From assembly GCA_963675245.1 (NCBI GenBank), contig OY775910.1, positions 1,184,001 through 1,248,000 of the forward strand: DNA of 64,000 nt, read 5' to 3'. Below, piece by piece: positions 49,129 to 58,701 of the stretch. The translations under genes were made by a program, and so were the position numbers. The DNA comes from Acholeplasmataceae bacterium (GTDB taxonomy: Bacteria > Bacillota_I > Bacilli_A > Acholeplasmatales > Acholeplasmataceae). Each line of letters begins with the position of its first letter. Within the stretch, counting starts at the first letter, position 1. A model generated the notes under the pieces. That model worked only from the letters and a program-made list of their open reading frames with translations. It did no database searches and had not been told where the DNA came from.

Positions 49129-49641
49129 ATGGACATGCAAAATCGTTTTATTATCGAATTTAAAAATCGTGACTACACGCATTTTGATGCTTTTTATGAC
49201 ATGACGAATCGGAAAGTCTTCTTTACGATTGTCGGTATTGTAAAAGATCAAATGATTGCAGAAGATTTAATGCAAGATACGTATATGCAGTTTCTAAAAA
49301 AAATCGATGACATTAACCCTAAACAAAATCCAATCGCTTATCTCGTAACTATCGGGAGAAATAATGCTCTCAATCATTATACGAAATTCAAAAGAGAAGT
49401 TAAGGGTGATGAGATATTTGAAACAATTGCTTCAGATGAGGTGATTAAGGATGATGTTGACATTTATCAATTACTTTCCTTACTAGATCGGGATGAACGA
49501 GAAATCGTTGTCCTTCATACCATCAACGGATTCAAATTTAGAGAAGTAGCAGATGTGATGGAAAAGCCACTCGGTACCATCTTATGGCTTCATAAAAAAG
49601 CGATGGATAAACTTAAAAACAAGTTAGGTGATTCACTATGA
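49129..49641 (+). CDS. ECF-type RNA polymerase sigma factor
   Basis: Region 2 AEDLMQDTY...YLVTIGRN.ALN; region 4 L...EREIVVL....GFKFREVADVM..PLGT. Confidence 0.93.
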   Translation: MDMQNRFIIEFKNRDYTHFDAFYDMTNRKVFFTIVGIVKDQMIAEDLMQDTYMQFLKKIDDINPKQNPIAYLVTIGRNNALNHYTKFKREVKGDEIFETIASDEVIKDDVDIYQLLSLLDRDEREIVVLHTINGFKFREVADVMEKPLGTILWLHKKAMDKLKNKLGDSL

Positions 49642-50690
49642 GAAATCGACAAATTAAAAAAATATTAATAGATAAAGCAAGCACTGTCGACATCCCTAAC
49701 GTTGTCGATCAAATTAAAGCACGCTTTAATGAAATTCCACCTAAACCGGTCATGACACAAACATATCGTAGACCACTCGTATTGGTTAGTGCATTGACAT
49801 TATCAATGCTTGTTCTCTTTGCAGTTGCATTTGGATTGGTTTATGGATTTAGAGATGTTGATCCATTAGCTTCTAGTGATGAGTCACTTCATGATGCTGT
49901 GATGTTATCATCTATTTCTACATTATCGTTAATCGATGATATAGATGCTTCAACCATCGAAACATTATCAGCAACTTTATTATCTAATCGACCAAACCAT
50001 GATGAAGAAGATGAAGATACGACTGTTTCTACAAGTGTTGAAGGACTTAAGAAATATTTATTCATGATGGAAACAGTTTTAAAATCACAAAATAATTATG
50101 AATATCAACGAAAAGTGATCAGTCGTGCTCAAAGAAGATATCAATTACAATTCCAGACAAGTTCACTCATTGATAATGAATCAAACTATGCATTAGTATA
50201 TGAAGTTAAAAATGATTCTAATGAAGCAGTTGAAATGACGCTGACGATGTATGGTTATAGTGAAACATACCATTCATATATTACATATCAAAAACGAACC
50301 GGTGTGATTAATATGACGACAGCCATCAATGATGATCAATCTGTCAGAGTGAGTTATAGCGAAGATACTAGTGGTAAGCATTATCAAATCACGACATTTG
50401 AAAACTTGATGATCACAGAACAAGTTCAAATGAATTTCACATCTCATGCACAGGTTGATATGTCTTTCATGAAAGGCAATGTCTTTGGCACTTATTCATT
50501 TAGTCTAACTGTCGATGAAAAAGGATATAAACGTGTCATCCTTGTTGATTACGATATTCAAAATCAATTTCAAGGACAAATCGAAGTGTTCGTTACAGGT
50601 ACAAATAATGATGCGTACACGATGATTGTAAAGCCGAATGGTAAACCATCATTTGTAATTACTGGAGAACGACACAGAGGAAGAAATTAA
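49638..50690 (+). CDS. putative anti-sigma factor (single TM, large extracellular domain)
   Basis: ATGA overlap with the sigma gene; basic ~45-aa N-terminus, one TM, beta-rich C-terminal domain. Confidence 0.65.
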   Translation: MRNRQIKKILIDKASTVDIPNVVDQIKARFNEIPPKPVMTQTYRRPLVLVSALTLSMLVLFAVAFGLVYGFRDVDPLASSDESLHDAVMLSSISTLSLIDDIDASTIETLSATLLSNRPNHDEEDEDTTVSTSVEGLKKYLFMMETVLKSQNNYEYQRKVISRAQRRYQLQFQTSSLIDNESNYALVYEVKNDSNEAVEMTLTMYGYSETYHSYITYQKRTGVINMTTAINDDQSVRVSYSEDTSGKHYQITTFENLMITEQVQMNFTSHAQVDMSFMKGNVFGTYSFSLTVDEKGYKRVILVDYDIQNQFQGQIEVFVTGTNNDAYTMIVKPNGKPSFVITGERHRGRN

Positions 50691-50705
50691 AAAAAACTGA
50701 AAATC

Positions 50706-50759
50706 ACCAATAAAATACCTCCGCCACTTGTATAGTAAGTGAGACGGAGGTATTATTAT
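50706..50759 (+). promoter_or_regulatory. candidate ECF promoter copy 2 within an RBS-masking hairpin
   Basis: ACCAATAAAA-N12-TTGTAT-A-GTAAGTG; AATACCTCCG (50714-50723) is the reverse complement of CGGAGGTATT (50745-50754). Confidence 0.7.
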
Positions 50760-51801
50760 GAAAAAAATTAAATTCCTAGTAACGATTATTGGTTTATTTG
50801 CAATCGTGTTAACTGTTGTTGCATGTCAAACAACAGCAAGCGCAGAAGAAGCTTATGTGACAATCGACATCAACCCAAGTGTTGAATTGATTGTCAATGG
50901 GCGTGAAGAAGTTGTTTATGTGAATGCACTCAATGAAGATGCAGAAGTTTTGTTGGCTGACTTAGATTTAGTTGGCATGCCAGTGGATGAAGCAACTGAT
51001 CTTATTATCGAAACAGCTATTGCACTAGGTTATATTGATATTGAAGCAACAGATACAGTTGTTCAAGTGTCGACATTATCAGATTCAGCACTTGGTGAAC
51101 AAATTAGAGAACGCGTAAAGGAATCAATTAATAATGCATTCCAAAATCGTGGTATCTATGGCCGTGCTGCAAATAAGGGTTACACTGAAGAATTCTTAGC
51201 TGAAGCTGAAAGTTATGGTGTTACACCTGCATTCTTAGCCTTTGCTAAAGCAGTTGTAGAAGTACAAGATGAAGTCACTCTAGAAGATGCACTGTTAATG
51301 ACACAAGAAGAATTAAGAGACATCTTAAAAGACGCTAGAGAAGCTAATTTAGATGTGCTTCATGAATTAAGAGATGATTTCCAAGCTGATAGACAAGCGA
51401 TTCATGATGAATATGATCCACAAATCGAAGCAGTATTGGCACAAATCACAGCACTTGAAACAAATATTGCATCTGTAGAAGATCAAATTGCTGCAGAACC
51501 ATCAGCAGAACTTGAAGCAGAATTAGCAACACTACAAGGTAATCTAGAATCATTACAAGCTGATTTACAGACATTATTAGATGATATGCATGCAGAACTT
51601 GAAGCATTAAGAGAAGCATTCCATACACAAAGTGAAGAATTAATGCCAAATATTATGGCACGTGTTGTACAACGTAGATCACAATATAGAAATACAGTTC
51701 AAAATTGGCTACGTAATCATGGCAATGGTAACATGAAAGATGCTATTGCAGCTTATCAACAACAACACCAAGATGATGATGAGGAAGATACGACAGAATA
51801 G
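50758..51801 (+). CDS. lipoprotein with RsgI-type (SEAL-like) domain and acidic coiled-coil C-terminus
   Basis: Lipobox VVAC (Cys23); AYVTIDINPSVEL.VN....V....ALNEDA..LL, the RsgI extracellular-domain signature. Confidence 0.82.
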   Translation: MKKIKFLVTIIGLFAIVLTVVACQTTASAEEAYVTIDINPSVELIVNGREEVVYVNALNEDAEVLLADLDLVGMPVDEATDLIIETAIALGYIDIEATDTVVQVSTLSDSALGEQIRERVKESINNAFQNRGIYGRAANKGYTEEFLAEAESYGVTPAFLAFAKAVVEVQDEVTLEDALLMTQEELRDILKDAREANLDVLHELRDDFQADRQAIHDEYDPQIEAVLAQITALETNIASVEDQIAAEPSAELEAELATLQGNLESLQADLQTLLDDMHAELEALREAFHTQSEELMPNIMARVVQRRSQYRNTVQNWLRNHGNGNMKDAIAAYQQQHQDDDEEDTTE

Positions 51802-51838
51802 TCGATCTTATAACCCATAAACCCCTTATGGGAATATT

Positions 51839-51879
51839 AAAAAAGAGGTCACTCTTAACTGAGTGGCCTCGCTTTTTTT
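51839..51879. terminator. bidirectional terminator
   Basis: GAGGTCACTC-TTAACT-GAGTGGCCTC with A/T tracts; extra hairpin CCCATAA-ACCCC-TTATGGG at 51814-51832. Confidence 0.85.
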
Positions 51880-52423
51880 ATATCTTTTGAATAAATAAAA
51901 GATAGGGTGGTCTATGATCTTGATAAGGTAGGTCTGATCTTATAATTGAAAATGATGCTGAATCAACAGATTTTAAATAATCATCAATGGCCAATGATTC
52001 TTCATAACCTTCTTGATGACCTGGATAAACCACTATTAAAATAAAATGAGTTGGTCTAAGTACAGATAACAACATATCTAACGTCTTGAGTGTTGTTTCT
52101 TTTTTGGTTGTAATACTATGATCCCCATTTGGCAAATAACCCAAATTAAAGACAACACCTTTAAAGTCACTAACTAAACCAACAATATGCTCATGGGTTT
52201 CATGGAAAAGTGTCACATTAGATAGCTGATGAGCTTCTAATAATTTCATCGTGTTGTCTAATGCTTGTTTTTGAATATCAAAAGCAAAGACATGTTTAGC
52301 TAATTTAGCTAAAAAGACTGTATCATGTCCATTACCCATGGTCGCATCCACTACAATATCCTCTTTAGAAATATGCGCATTTAAAATGATATGTGCCAAA
52401 TGAATGATGTCATTTTTTTTCAT
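51878..52423 (-). CDS. class I SAM methyltransferase, YtqB/MnmM-like (tRNA mnm5s2U34)
   Basis: VVDATMGNGHDT, FDIQ..A, FNLGYLP.GD, YPGH..G..E; adjacent to the TIGR01212 gene. Confidence 0.88.
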   Translation of the reverse strand: MKKNDIIHLAHIILNAHISKEDIVVDATMGNGHDTVFLAKLAKHVFAFDIQKQALDNTMKLLEAHQLSNVTLFHETHEHIVGLVSDFKGVVFNLGYLPNGDHSITTKKETTLKTLDMLLSVLRPTHFILIVVYPGHQEGYEESLAIDDYLKSVDSASFSIIRSDLPYQDHRPPYLLFIQKI

Positions 52424-53345
52424 AATAATCTCCTTGATAACGATTTAACGCACGCATCCTTTTATCAATTTCATTTGTGACCACAAATTTCTTTTTGGTC
52501 CAAGTTGGTGCAATCAACATCTGACTTGGAGCATCTCCGGTTAAACGATGAATAATAATATCTGGTCTTAACCAAGATAATTGTTCAACCGTGATATCGA
52601 CATAGTCTTCTAAAGAAAGAAGATGCCACGGATTTTTTAAATAGTCATGACCCATTTTCGTTTTTTCCATTAAGTGAAGCATATGTATTTTAATCCCTTG
52701 TATATCAAGGGTATTTAAATGTTTGACGGTTTCAATCATCATGTCTTTTGTTTCATATGGTAATCCATTGATGATATGTACAACAACTTCAATGTGTCGT
52801 TTTCTAAGGGCATTAACGGCTTCATCAAAACAAGTTAAATCATGGGCACGATTAATCAAATCAGACGTTTTTTGATGGATTGTTTGTAACCCTAATTCAA
52901 CTTGAACAGGCATTCTTTGATTTAACGTTTCTAAATAATCTAATACGTCTAAAGGGAGCGAATCTGGTCTGGTACCAATCGATAACATAACGATATTCGG
53001 ATCAAGCGTTATCGCTTCTTCAAACAATTCTTTCAATCTTTTTAAAGGGGCATGGGTATTCGTATTCGCTTGGAAGTATGCGATGAAAAGTCCATCTTGC
53101 CATTTTTGTTGCATCATTGATTTCTGTCGTTCGAACTGATCTTTAAGCGAATCATGTTTGTCACCAGCAAAGTCACCTGAACCCATAAACGAGCAAAAAG
53201 TACATCCGCCACGTGCGACTGTTCCATCGATATTTGGGCACGTAAAACCACCATTTAAAGCGATCTTATAGACCTTTTTATGATAGTTGTGATAGTAATA
53301 ATTTGAGAGTGTATTATAATGTTTTTCAGCTGTCATTAAATTCAT
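52410..53345 (-). CDS. TIGR01212 family radical SAM protein (YtqA/MnmL-like)
   Basis: GFTCPNIDGT...GGCTFC, YFQA.TNT, IGTRPD, ELGLQT, HRLTGD. Confidence 0.92.
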   Translation of the reverse strand: MNLMTAEKHYNTLSNYYYHNYHKKVYKIALNGGFTCPNIDGTVARGGCTFCSFMGSGDFAGDKHDSLKDQFERQKSMMQQKWQDGLFIAYFQANTNTHAPLKRLKELFEEAITLDPNIVMLSIGTRPDSLPLDVLDYLETLNQRMPVQVELGLQTIHQKTSDLINRAHDLTCFDEAVNALRKRHIEVVVHIINGLPYETKDMMIETVKHLNTLDIQGIKIHMLHLMEKTKMGHDYLKNPWHLLSLEDYVDITVEQLSWLRPDIIIHRLTGDAPSQMLIAPTWTKKKFVVTNEIDKRMRALNRYQGDYYEKK

Positions 53346-53416
53346 ATTTTCACCATAATCATTTTATCATACCCTCACTTTATTATGTTATAATAAAACG
53401 AGAAGGAGATTACACA

Positions 53417-54211
53417 ATGTTCAAACGATTAATAATTAGCCTGACGAAACCCCCTCAACTCGTTTTATTCATGAAAGATTCATATAAAAGGATTATCTTA
53501 TATCTTATCTTATTACCACTAATATTAGTGATTCCTAGTGCGATTAGATTCGCAATCAATCCTGATATGAGTGTTGCTCAATACAACGCATTATCCGAAG
53601 TCCTTGAAGCAGATTTTAATCTACAAGGATCAACAATTGATGATGGCGTTTTTTCAACAACATTATCACAAACTGCTCAGTTTGATTACTTTCAAATTAC
53701 AACGACGACTACGGCATTAAATGCGTATTCAATGACATTTTATTTCGATACTGATAAAGTCATTCTTTACCTCGGAACTACAAGCTATAGAGATTTAAGT
53801 TATGTGAGTTTAGGTATTGAAAACTACACATTTGATTTCACTGATTCAAATAATGTGACGTTACTTGCTAATGCGATACGTACACTTTATAACACACAAC
53901 AACTCACCAATTATATTCAATTAATGAGTGTGTACTTTATTGGCTTAGTTGACTTCCTAATCGTTGTCTTGATGTTGGCTGTTATTGATTATTTTATTAT
54001 TCCGAATCAGCCATTTCCATTTAAATTAAGATTTAAACTTTCGGTCTATGGATCGACAATTTATATCTTTGCTGAATTGATTTTTATTCTAACGAATATA
54101 TCTCAATTAAACTTTATCAGTATTATTATTGCGTATGCTTATCATATTTGGATTTATCGCTCTATAAAAATAATACCGAAAGGAGTAAACCTCAATGGCG
54201 ACATCAAATAA
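53417..54211 (+). CDS. DUF1189-like membrane protein
   Basis: SLTKP..L, N-terminal TM, loop, 3 TMs with F...FKLSVY.ST; start ATG 53417 after AAGGAG; TGTTATAAT at 53386-53394. Confidence 0.7.
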   Translation: MFKRLIISLTKPPQLVLFMKDSYKRIILYLILLPLILVIPSAIRFAINPDMSVAQYNALSEVLEADFNLQGSTIDDGVFSTTLSQTAQFDYFQITTTTTALNAYSMTFYFDTDKVILYLGTTSYRDLSYVSLGIENYTFDFTDSNNVTLLANAIRTLYNTQQLTNYIQLMSVYFIGLVDFLIVVLMLAVIDYFIIPNQPFPFKLRFKLSVYGSTIYIFAELIFILTNISQLNFISIIIAYAYHIWIYRSIKIIPKGVNLNGDIK

Positions 54212-57200
54212 ATTTGATCTGTTCAAAGAACAACTCCAATTTAAATCAACCGTGCTCCAAGAAGCTGTTCTCAAGGATGTCATTGTCAGTGAGAAAAATA
54301 GTGCATGGCTTTTTGTCATTACACTCAATGAAATGGTTGCTCCTGATGTGTTGAACTTGTTCATAGTTCAATTAAAAACATATTTCTATATACCGAGAAT
54401 TAAGAATGACATTCATGTATTAATTACATACAAAGATCGTGCTAAATTAAGTGCTTATGCCACTTTATATTATGACTATGCGATTATTGAACTTTCTAAG
54501 GAAAAATCAAGCTATTTAGCACTTAAAAATTATAAAACGACTTTTGAAAATGATACGTTATTCATCTTAATTGATAAAGATAGTACGTATGTAAAAAATT
54601 ACTTTAAAGGGATTCTTACGTTTTTAAAACCGCTAGGCATCCAATTTGAAATTGCCTATAAAATCAATGATGAACTCACACCGACGAAAACGCTCATTTC
54701 GAAATCAATTAAAGACCAAACGAAAGTCCTAGTTGAACGTCAAAAATACGCGGCACAAACACAATCAAAAACAAAGAAATCTTTTACAAGAAAAGCGAGA
54801 CCTGATAGTGTCTCTATCACTGAAATCCCATTAGATCAATATCATCTTGATCAATATAAAAATCAAAAAGGCGACACAAACTTCCTCATTGAAGGTACTA
54901 TTTCAAAACTTGAAATCAGGGAGTTAACAAACACATCACTTTTAAGTTTTGTTTTATATGATGCTGATGATGCGATTACTGTGAAACGTTTCTTAAGACG
55001 ACCAAAAGACTTTGAGCTTGCTCAATCGTTAAAAGAAGGCGATCAAATTCAAGTCGAAGGTCGTGCAAATTTCGATACATATCAAAAAGATGTTGTCGTG
55101 TTTGCTGATGCGATTTATTTCCTTGATAAAGTGAAGAAAAAAGAACGCATGGACAAAGCAAAAGATAAACGTGTCGAATTTCATTTACATACGAAAATGT
55201 CCAATATGGATGGTATTGGGGAAGTATCTGAATATGTTGACACAGCTATAAAATGGGGTCATGAGGCAATTGCGTTTACTGATCATGATGGTCTTTATGC
55301 GTATCCTGAAATCTTTAAGGCAACACGTAATAAACCAATTAAACCTATTTATGGTGTTGAAGTAAACTTTGTTGATGAAGAAGCATTTAAAATTGCTATA
55401 CCATCAGATGAGGCAATTGATTTAAAAGAAGCGACATATGTCGTCTTTGATATAGAAACCACAGGTTTATCTGCTACTAGAGATAAAATCATTGAAATCG
55501 GTGCAGTAAAGATGAGTGCAACCTCCATCATTGAACGATTCCAAATTTTTGTTAATCCAGGAGAAGCTTTATCAACGTTTACAACTGAACTCACAGATAT
55601 AACAGATGAAATGCTTGAAAATGCACCTTCTATCGAAGAAGCTTTACCGCAATTTTTAGCCTTTGCAAAAGGTTCAATTTTAGTTGCACATAACGCAATG
55701 TTTGATGTGGGTCATATTGAGGAGAATGCAAAAGCACTAGGTTTATCATTTGATCAATCTAAAGTCATTGATACACTGAATGCTGCACGATATTTTTATA
55801 GTGACCAATTGAAACGGTTTAATTTAAAAGCAGTTGCTAGTTATTTTAAAGTGAAACAAGAACAACATCACCGTGCAGATGACGACGCGTTAGTCACAGC
55901 AAATATCTGGATGCTTATGCTGATTGATCTTCAAAAGTTCAAGATTAAAACGTATCAAGATATTAATAACGCCATTGATCCAAAAGAAGCATGGCAACAC
56001 CCAATGCCTTATCATGTCAATATTCTCGTACAAAACCAAGTAGGGTATAAAAACTTGTTTAAAGTAATGAGTGATGCGTTAACCGATCACTTCTCAAAAG
56101 GACCCCGTGTTTTAAAATCGGTATTAGATAAAAACAGACAGGGTTTACTCATCGGTTCAGGTTGTGCGAATGGTGATGTATTTGAAGCAGCACTTAATAA
56201 AAGTGATTGTGCTTTAGAAGAAGCGATCAAATATTATGACTATATTGAAGTTCAACCCCCACAAGCCTATGCTCACTTAAAAGAAGGATTAGGAGAATAT
56301 GCGGATTCAGTTATTGAAGCAGTCATATTAAAGATTATTAAAACAGCGAAAGCACAAGACAAACTAGTAATCGCGACCGGTGATGTACATTATCTCGAAA
56401 AGAATGATGTTTTATACCGTGAAATTTATATTAGAACACCGTTAGTTGGTGGAGGTATTCACCAATTATCTAAATATAATACAATGCCAGAACAGTATCT
56501 ATTAACCACAGAAGAAATGCTACAATCTTTTAAATTTTTAGATGAATCGTTGGCACGTGAAATTGTTGTTACAAACACACAAACACTCAATCAAAAAATC
56601 GATCGTATTCAAGCGTTTGTTGATGAATTATATTCACTACCTGATGATGCTTTTATGGAACAATTAGGTATTGAAAGTATTTCTGAAGAAGTCAGACGAC
56701 TCGTGATGGATAAACTATCAGCACTATATGGTCATGCACCACATCAATTGATTTCAGATCGCGTGAATAGAGAATTAACAAATATCATTGAAAATAGTTT
56801 CGCACCGAATTACTACATGTCACATTTACTCGTTAAAAAATCATTAGATGATGGCTATTTGGTTGGATCACGAGGATCTGTAGGGTCTTCTTTAGTTGCT
56901 ACGTTATTAGATATCACAGAAGTAAACCCATTAAAACCCCATTATCGCTGTCCTAATCGCGATTTTACGGCTTTCCACTTGACCGAGGAAGAAAGACTTA
57001 AATATGGTTTAACACCCGAACAAGAGGCATTTCAAGCTGCTTTTGAAGGTGTGCAATGTGGATATGACTTACCGACTAAAACATGTCCTATCTGCGGTGA
57101 GACATTGATTAAAGATGGCCATGATATCCCCTTTGAAACGTTTTTGGGATTCAATGGTGATAAAGTGCCTGATATTGATTTAAATTTCTCAGGCGATTAT

Positions 57201-58664
57201 CAAGCAAAAGCACACTCCTATGTACGAGAACTCATCGGTGAGGATCATACCTTTAGAGCGGGAACCATTCAAACAGTAGCTGAAAGAAATGCATTTGGTT
57301 ATGTGAAAGGTTATTTAGAAGATAAAAATCTAGTTAAAAGACCCGCCCAAATTGAACGTTTAGCAAAACGTATTGAAGGGGTTAAACGATCAACAGGACA
57401 ACACCCTGGTGGTATTGTTGTAGTGCCTAAATCAAAGACTATTTTTGATGTGACACCTATTCAATATCCAGCAGATGATGTCTCATCTGATTGGAAAACA
57501 ACACACTTTGACTACCACTCATTTGAATCTAATCTATTGAAATTAGATATTTTGGGTCATGATGATCCAACAATGATTAAATATTTAATGGATCATGTCT
57601 ATGAACATCCAGATGATTTCCCATTTACAAAAGCACAAGATATCCCTCTTGATGATCCAAAGGTTTATCGTTTATTTTCAGGTACGTCAGTGATTGGAGT
57701 TGAACCAGAAGAAATCATGAGTGATATTGCATCATATGCGATTCCTGAGTTCGGCACACCATTTACAAGACAAATGCTTGAGGATACGAAACCTAATACA
57801 TTTGCTGGTCTTGTTAAAATATCAGGCTTATCACATGGTACAGATGTGTGGCTTAGAAATGCACAAGCTTTAATCAACGGTGAATCAGATTATGGTAAAA
57901 TCTCATTTAACGATATTATTGCTTGTCGTGACGATATTATGGTACAACTTATCGAGTTTGGTTTACTCCCACTACGCGCATTTGAAATTATGGAATTTGT
58001 TAGAAAAGGTAAACCATCAAAAGATCCTGCAAAATGGCTAGATTACGAATCAGAAATGCGCAAAAACAATGTTCCTGATTGGTATATATGGTCGGCATCA
58101 AGAATTAAATATATGTTCCCGAAAGCACACGCGACAGCCTATGTGATTATGGCAATGCGTATAGCTTGGTTTAAAGTGTATAAACCACTCTTGTTTTATA
58201 GTGGATTCTTCTCTAAGCGTACCGATCAGTTTGACTATGAAATCATGGTTGCCGGATCAAACGCGATTAGAAATAAGCTTAATAACTTACAAGCCATTCC
58301 CCAATATATGTTAAAAGCGAAAGACGCATCTTTAATTGTTACATTAGGAGCAGCTTTAGAAATGACAAGAAGAGGTATGATTTTTCTACCTGTTGATATC
58401 AACCACTCTGAAGCAGCAATATTCAAAATGGAAGAAAAAGGATTACGCATGCCATTCAATACAATTGATGGTTTAGGTATGTCAGTAGCCTTAGATATTG
58501 TAAGTCAAAGAGAACAATCACCATTCATGTCTAAAGATGATGTAAAAAATAGAACAAAGATCAATAAAACCGTTTTTGAAAAAATGGAAAATTATGGTGC
58601 TTTCAAGGATTTAAATTCGGAAAATCATGTAATTGGAACGGGACTATTTGCACATTTAAACTGA
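54195..58664 (+). CDS. polC: DNA polymerase III PolC-type alpha subunit
   Basis: RVEFHLHTKMS.MDG, exonuclease VFDIETTG, GSRGSVGSS, KVPDIDLNFSG, KLDILGHDDPT, YMFPKAHA. Confidence 0.98.
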   Translation: MATSNKFDLFKEQLQFKSTVLQEAVLKDVIVSEKNSAWLFVITLNEMVAPDVLNLFIVQLKTYFYIPRIKNDIHVLITYKDRAKLSAYATLYYDYAIIELSKEKSSYLALKNYKTTFENDTLFILIDKDSTYVKNYFKGILTFLKPLGIQFEIAYKINDELTPTKTLISKSIKDQTKVLVERQKYAAQTQSKTKKSFTRKARPDSVSITEIPLDQYHLDQYKNQKGDTNFLIEGTISKLEIRELTNTSLLSFVLYDADDAITVKRFLRRPKDFELAQSLKEGDQIQVEGRANFDTYQKDVVVFADAIYFLDKVKKKERMDKAKDKRVEFHLHTKMSNMDGIGEVSEYVDTAIKWGHEAIAFTDHDGLYAYPEIFKATRNKPIKPIYGVEVNFVDEEAFKIAIPSDEAIDLKEATYVVFDIETTGLSATRDKIIEIGAVKMSATSIIERFQIFVNPGEALSTFTTELTDITDEMLENAPSIEEALPQFLAFAKGSILVAHNAMFDVGHIEENAKALGLSFDQSKVIDTLNAARYFYSDQLKRFNLKAVASYFKVKQEQHHRADDDALVTANIWMLMLIDLQKFKIKTYQDINNAIDPKEAWQHPMPYHVNILVQNQVGYKNLFKVMSDALTDHFSKGPRVLKSVLDKNRQGLLIGSGCANGDVFEAALNKSDCALEEAIKYYDYIEVQPPQAYAHLKEGLGEYADSVIEAVILKIIKTAKAQDKLVIATGDVHYLEKNDVLYREIYIRTPLVGGGIHQLSKYNTMPEQYLLTTEEMLQSFKFLDESLAREIVVTNTQTLNQKIDRIQAFVDELYSLPDDAFMEQLGIESISEEVRRLVMDKLSALYGHAPHQLISDRVNRELTNIIENSFAPNYYMSHLLVKKSLDDGYLVGSRGSVGSSLVATLLDITEVNPLKPHYRCPNRDFTAFHLTEEERLKYGLTPEQEAFQAAFEGVQCGYDLPTKTCPICGETLIKDGHDIPFETFLGFNGDKVPDIDLNFSGDYQAKAHSYVRELIGEDHTFRAGTIQTVAERNAFGYVKGYLEDKNLVKRPAQIERLAKRIEGVKRSTGQHPGGIVVVPKSKTIFDVTPIQYPADDVSSDWKTTHFDYHSFESNLLKLDILGHDDPTMIKYLMDHVYEHPDDFPFTKAQDIPLDDPKVYRLFSGTSVIGVEPEEIMSDIASYAIPEFGTPFTRQMLEDTKPNTFAGLVKISGLSHGTDVWLRNAQALINGESDYGKISFNDIIACRDDIMVQLIEFGLLPLRAFEIMEFVRKGKPSKDPAKWLDYESEMRKNNVPDWYIWSASRIKYMFPKAHATAYVIMAMRIAWFKVYKPLLFYSGFFSKRTDQFDYEIMVAGSNAIRNKLNNLQAIPQYMLKAKDASLIVTLGAALEMTRRGMIFLPVDINHSEAAIFKMEEKGLRMPFNTIDGLGMSVALDIVSQREQSPFMSKDDVKNRTKINKTVFEKMENYGAFKDLNSENHVIGTGLFAHLN

Positions 58665-58701
58665 TATGATATAATCATATTAGTTAAAGGAGATAATAAT
58701 T

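Noticed and set aside
49129..49641. Calling the sigma factor SigI because of the RsgI-like neighbour
   Set aside because: It is 170 aa with a normal ECF region 4 helix-turn-helix, unlike the longer SigI proteins with their distinct C-terminal domain
51878..53345. Radical SAM plus methyltransferase pair as a novel RiPP or defence system
   Set aside because: Matches the known YtqA/YtqB (MnmL/MnmM) tRNA wobble-modification pair; no precursor peptide nearby
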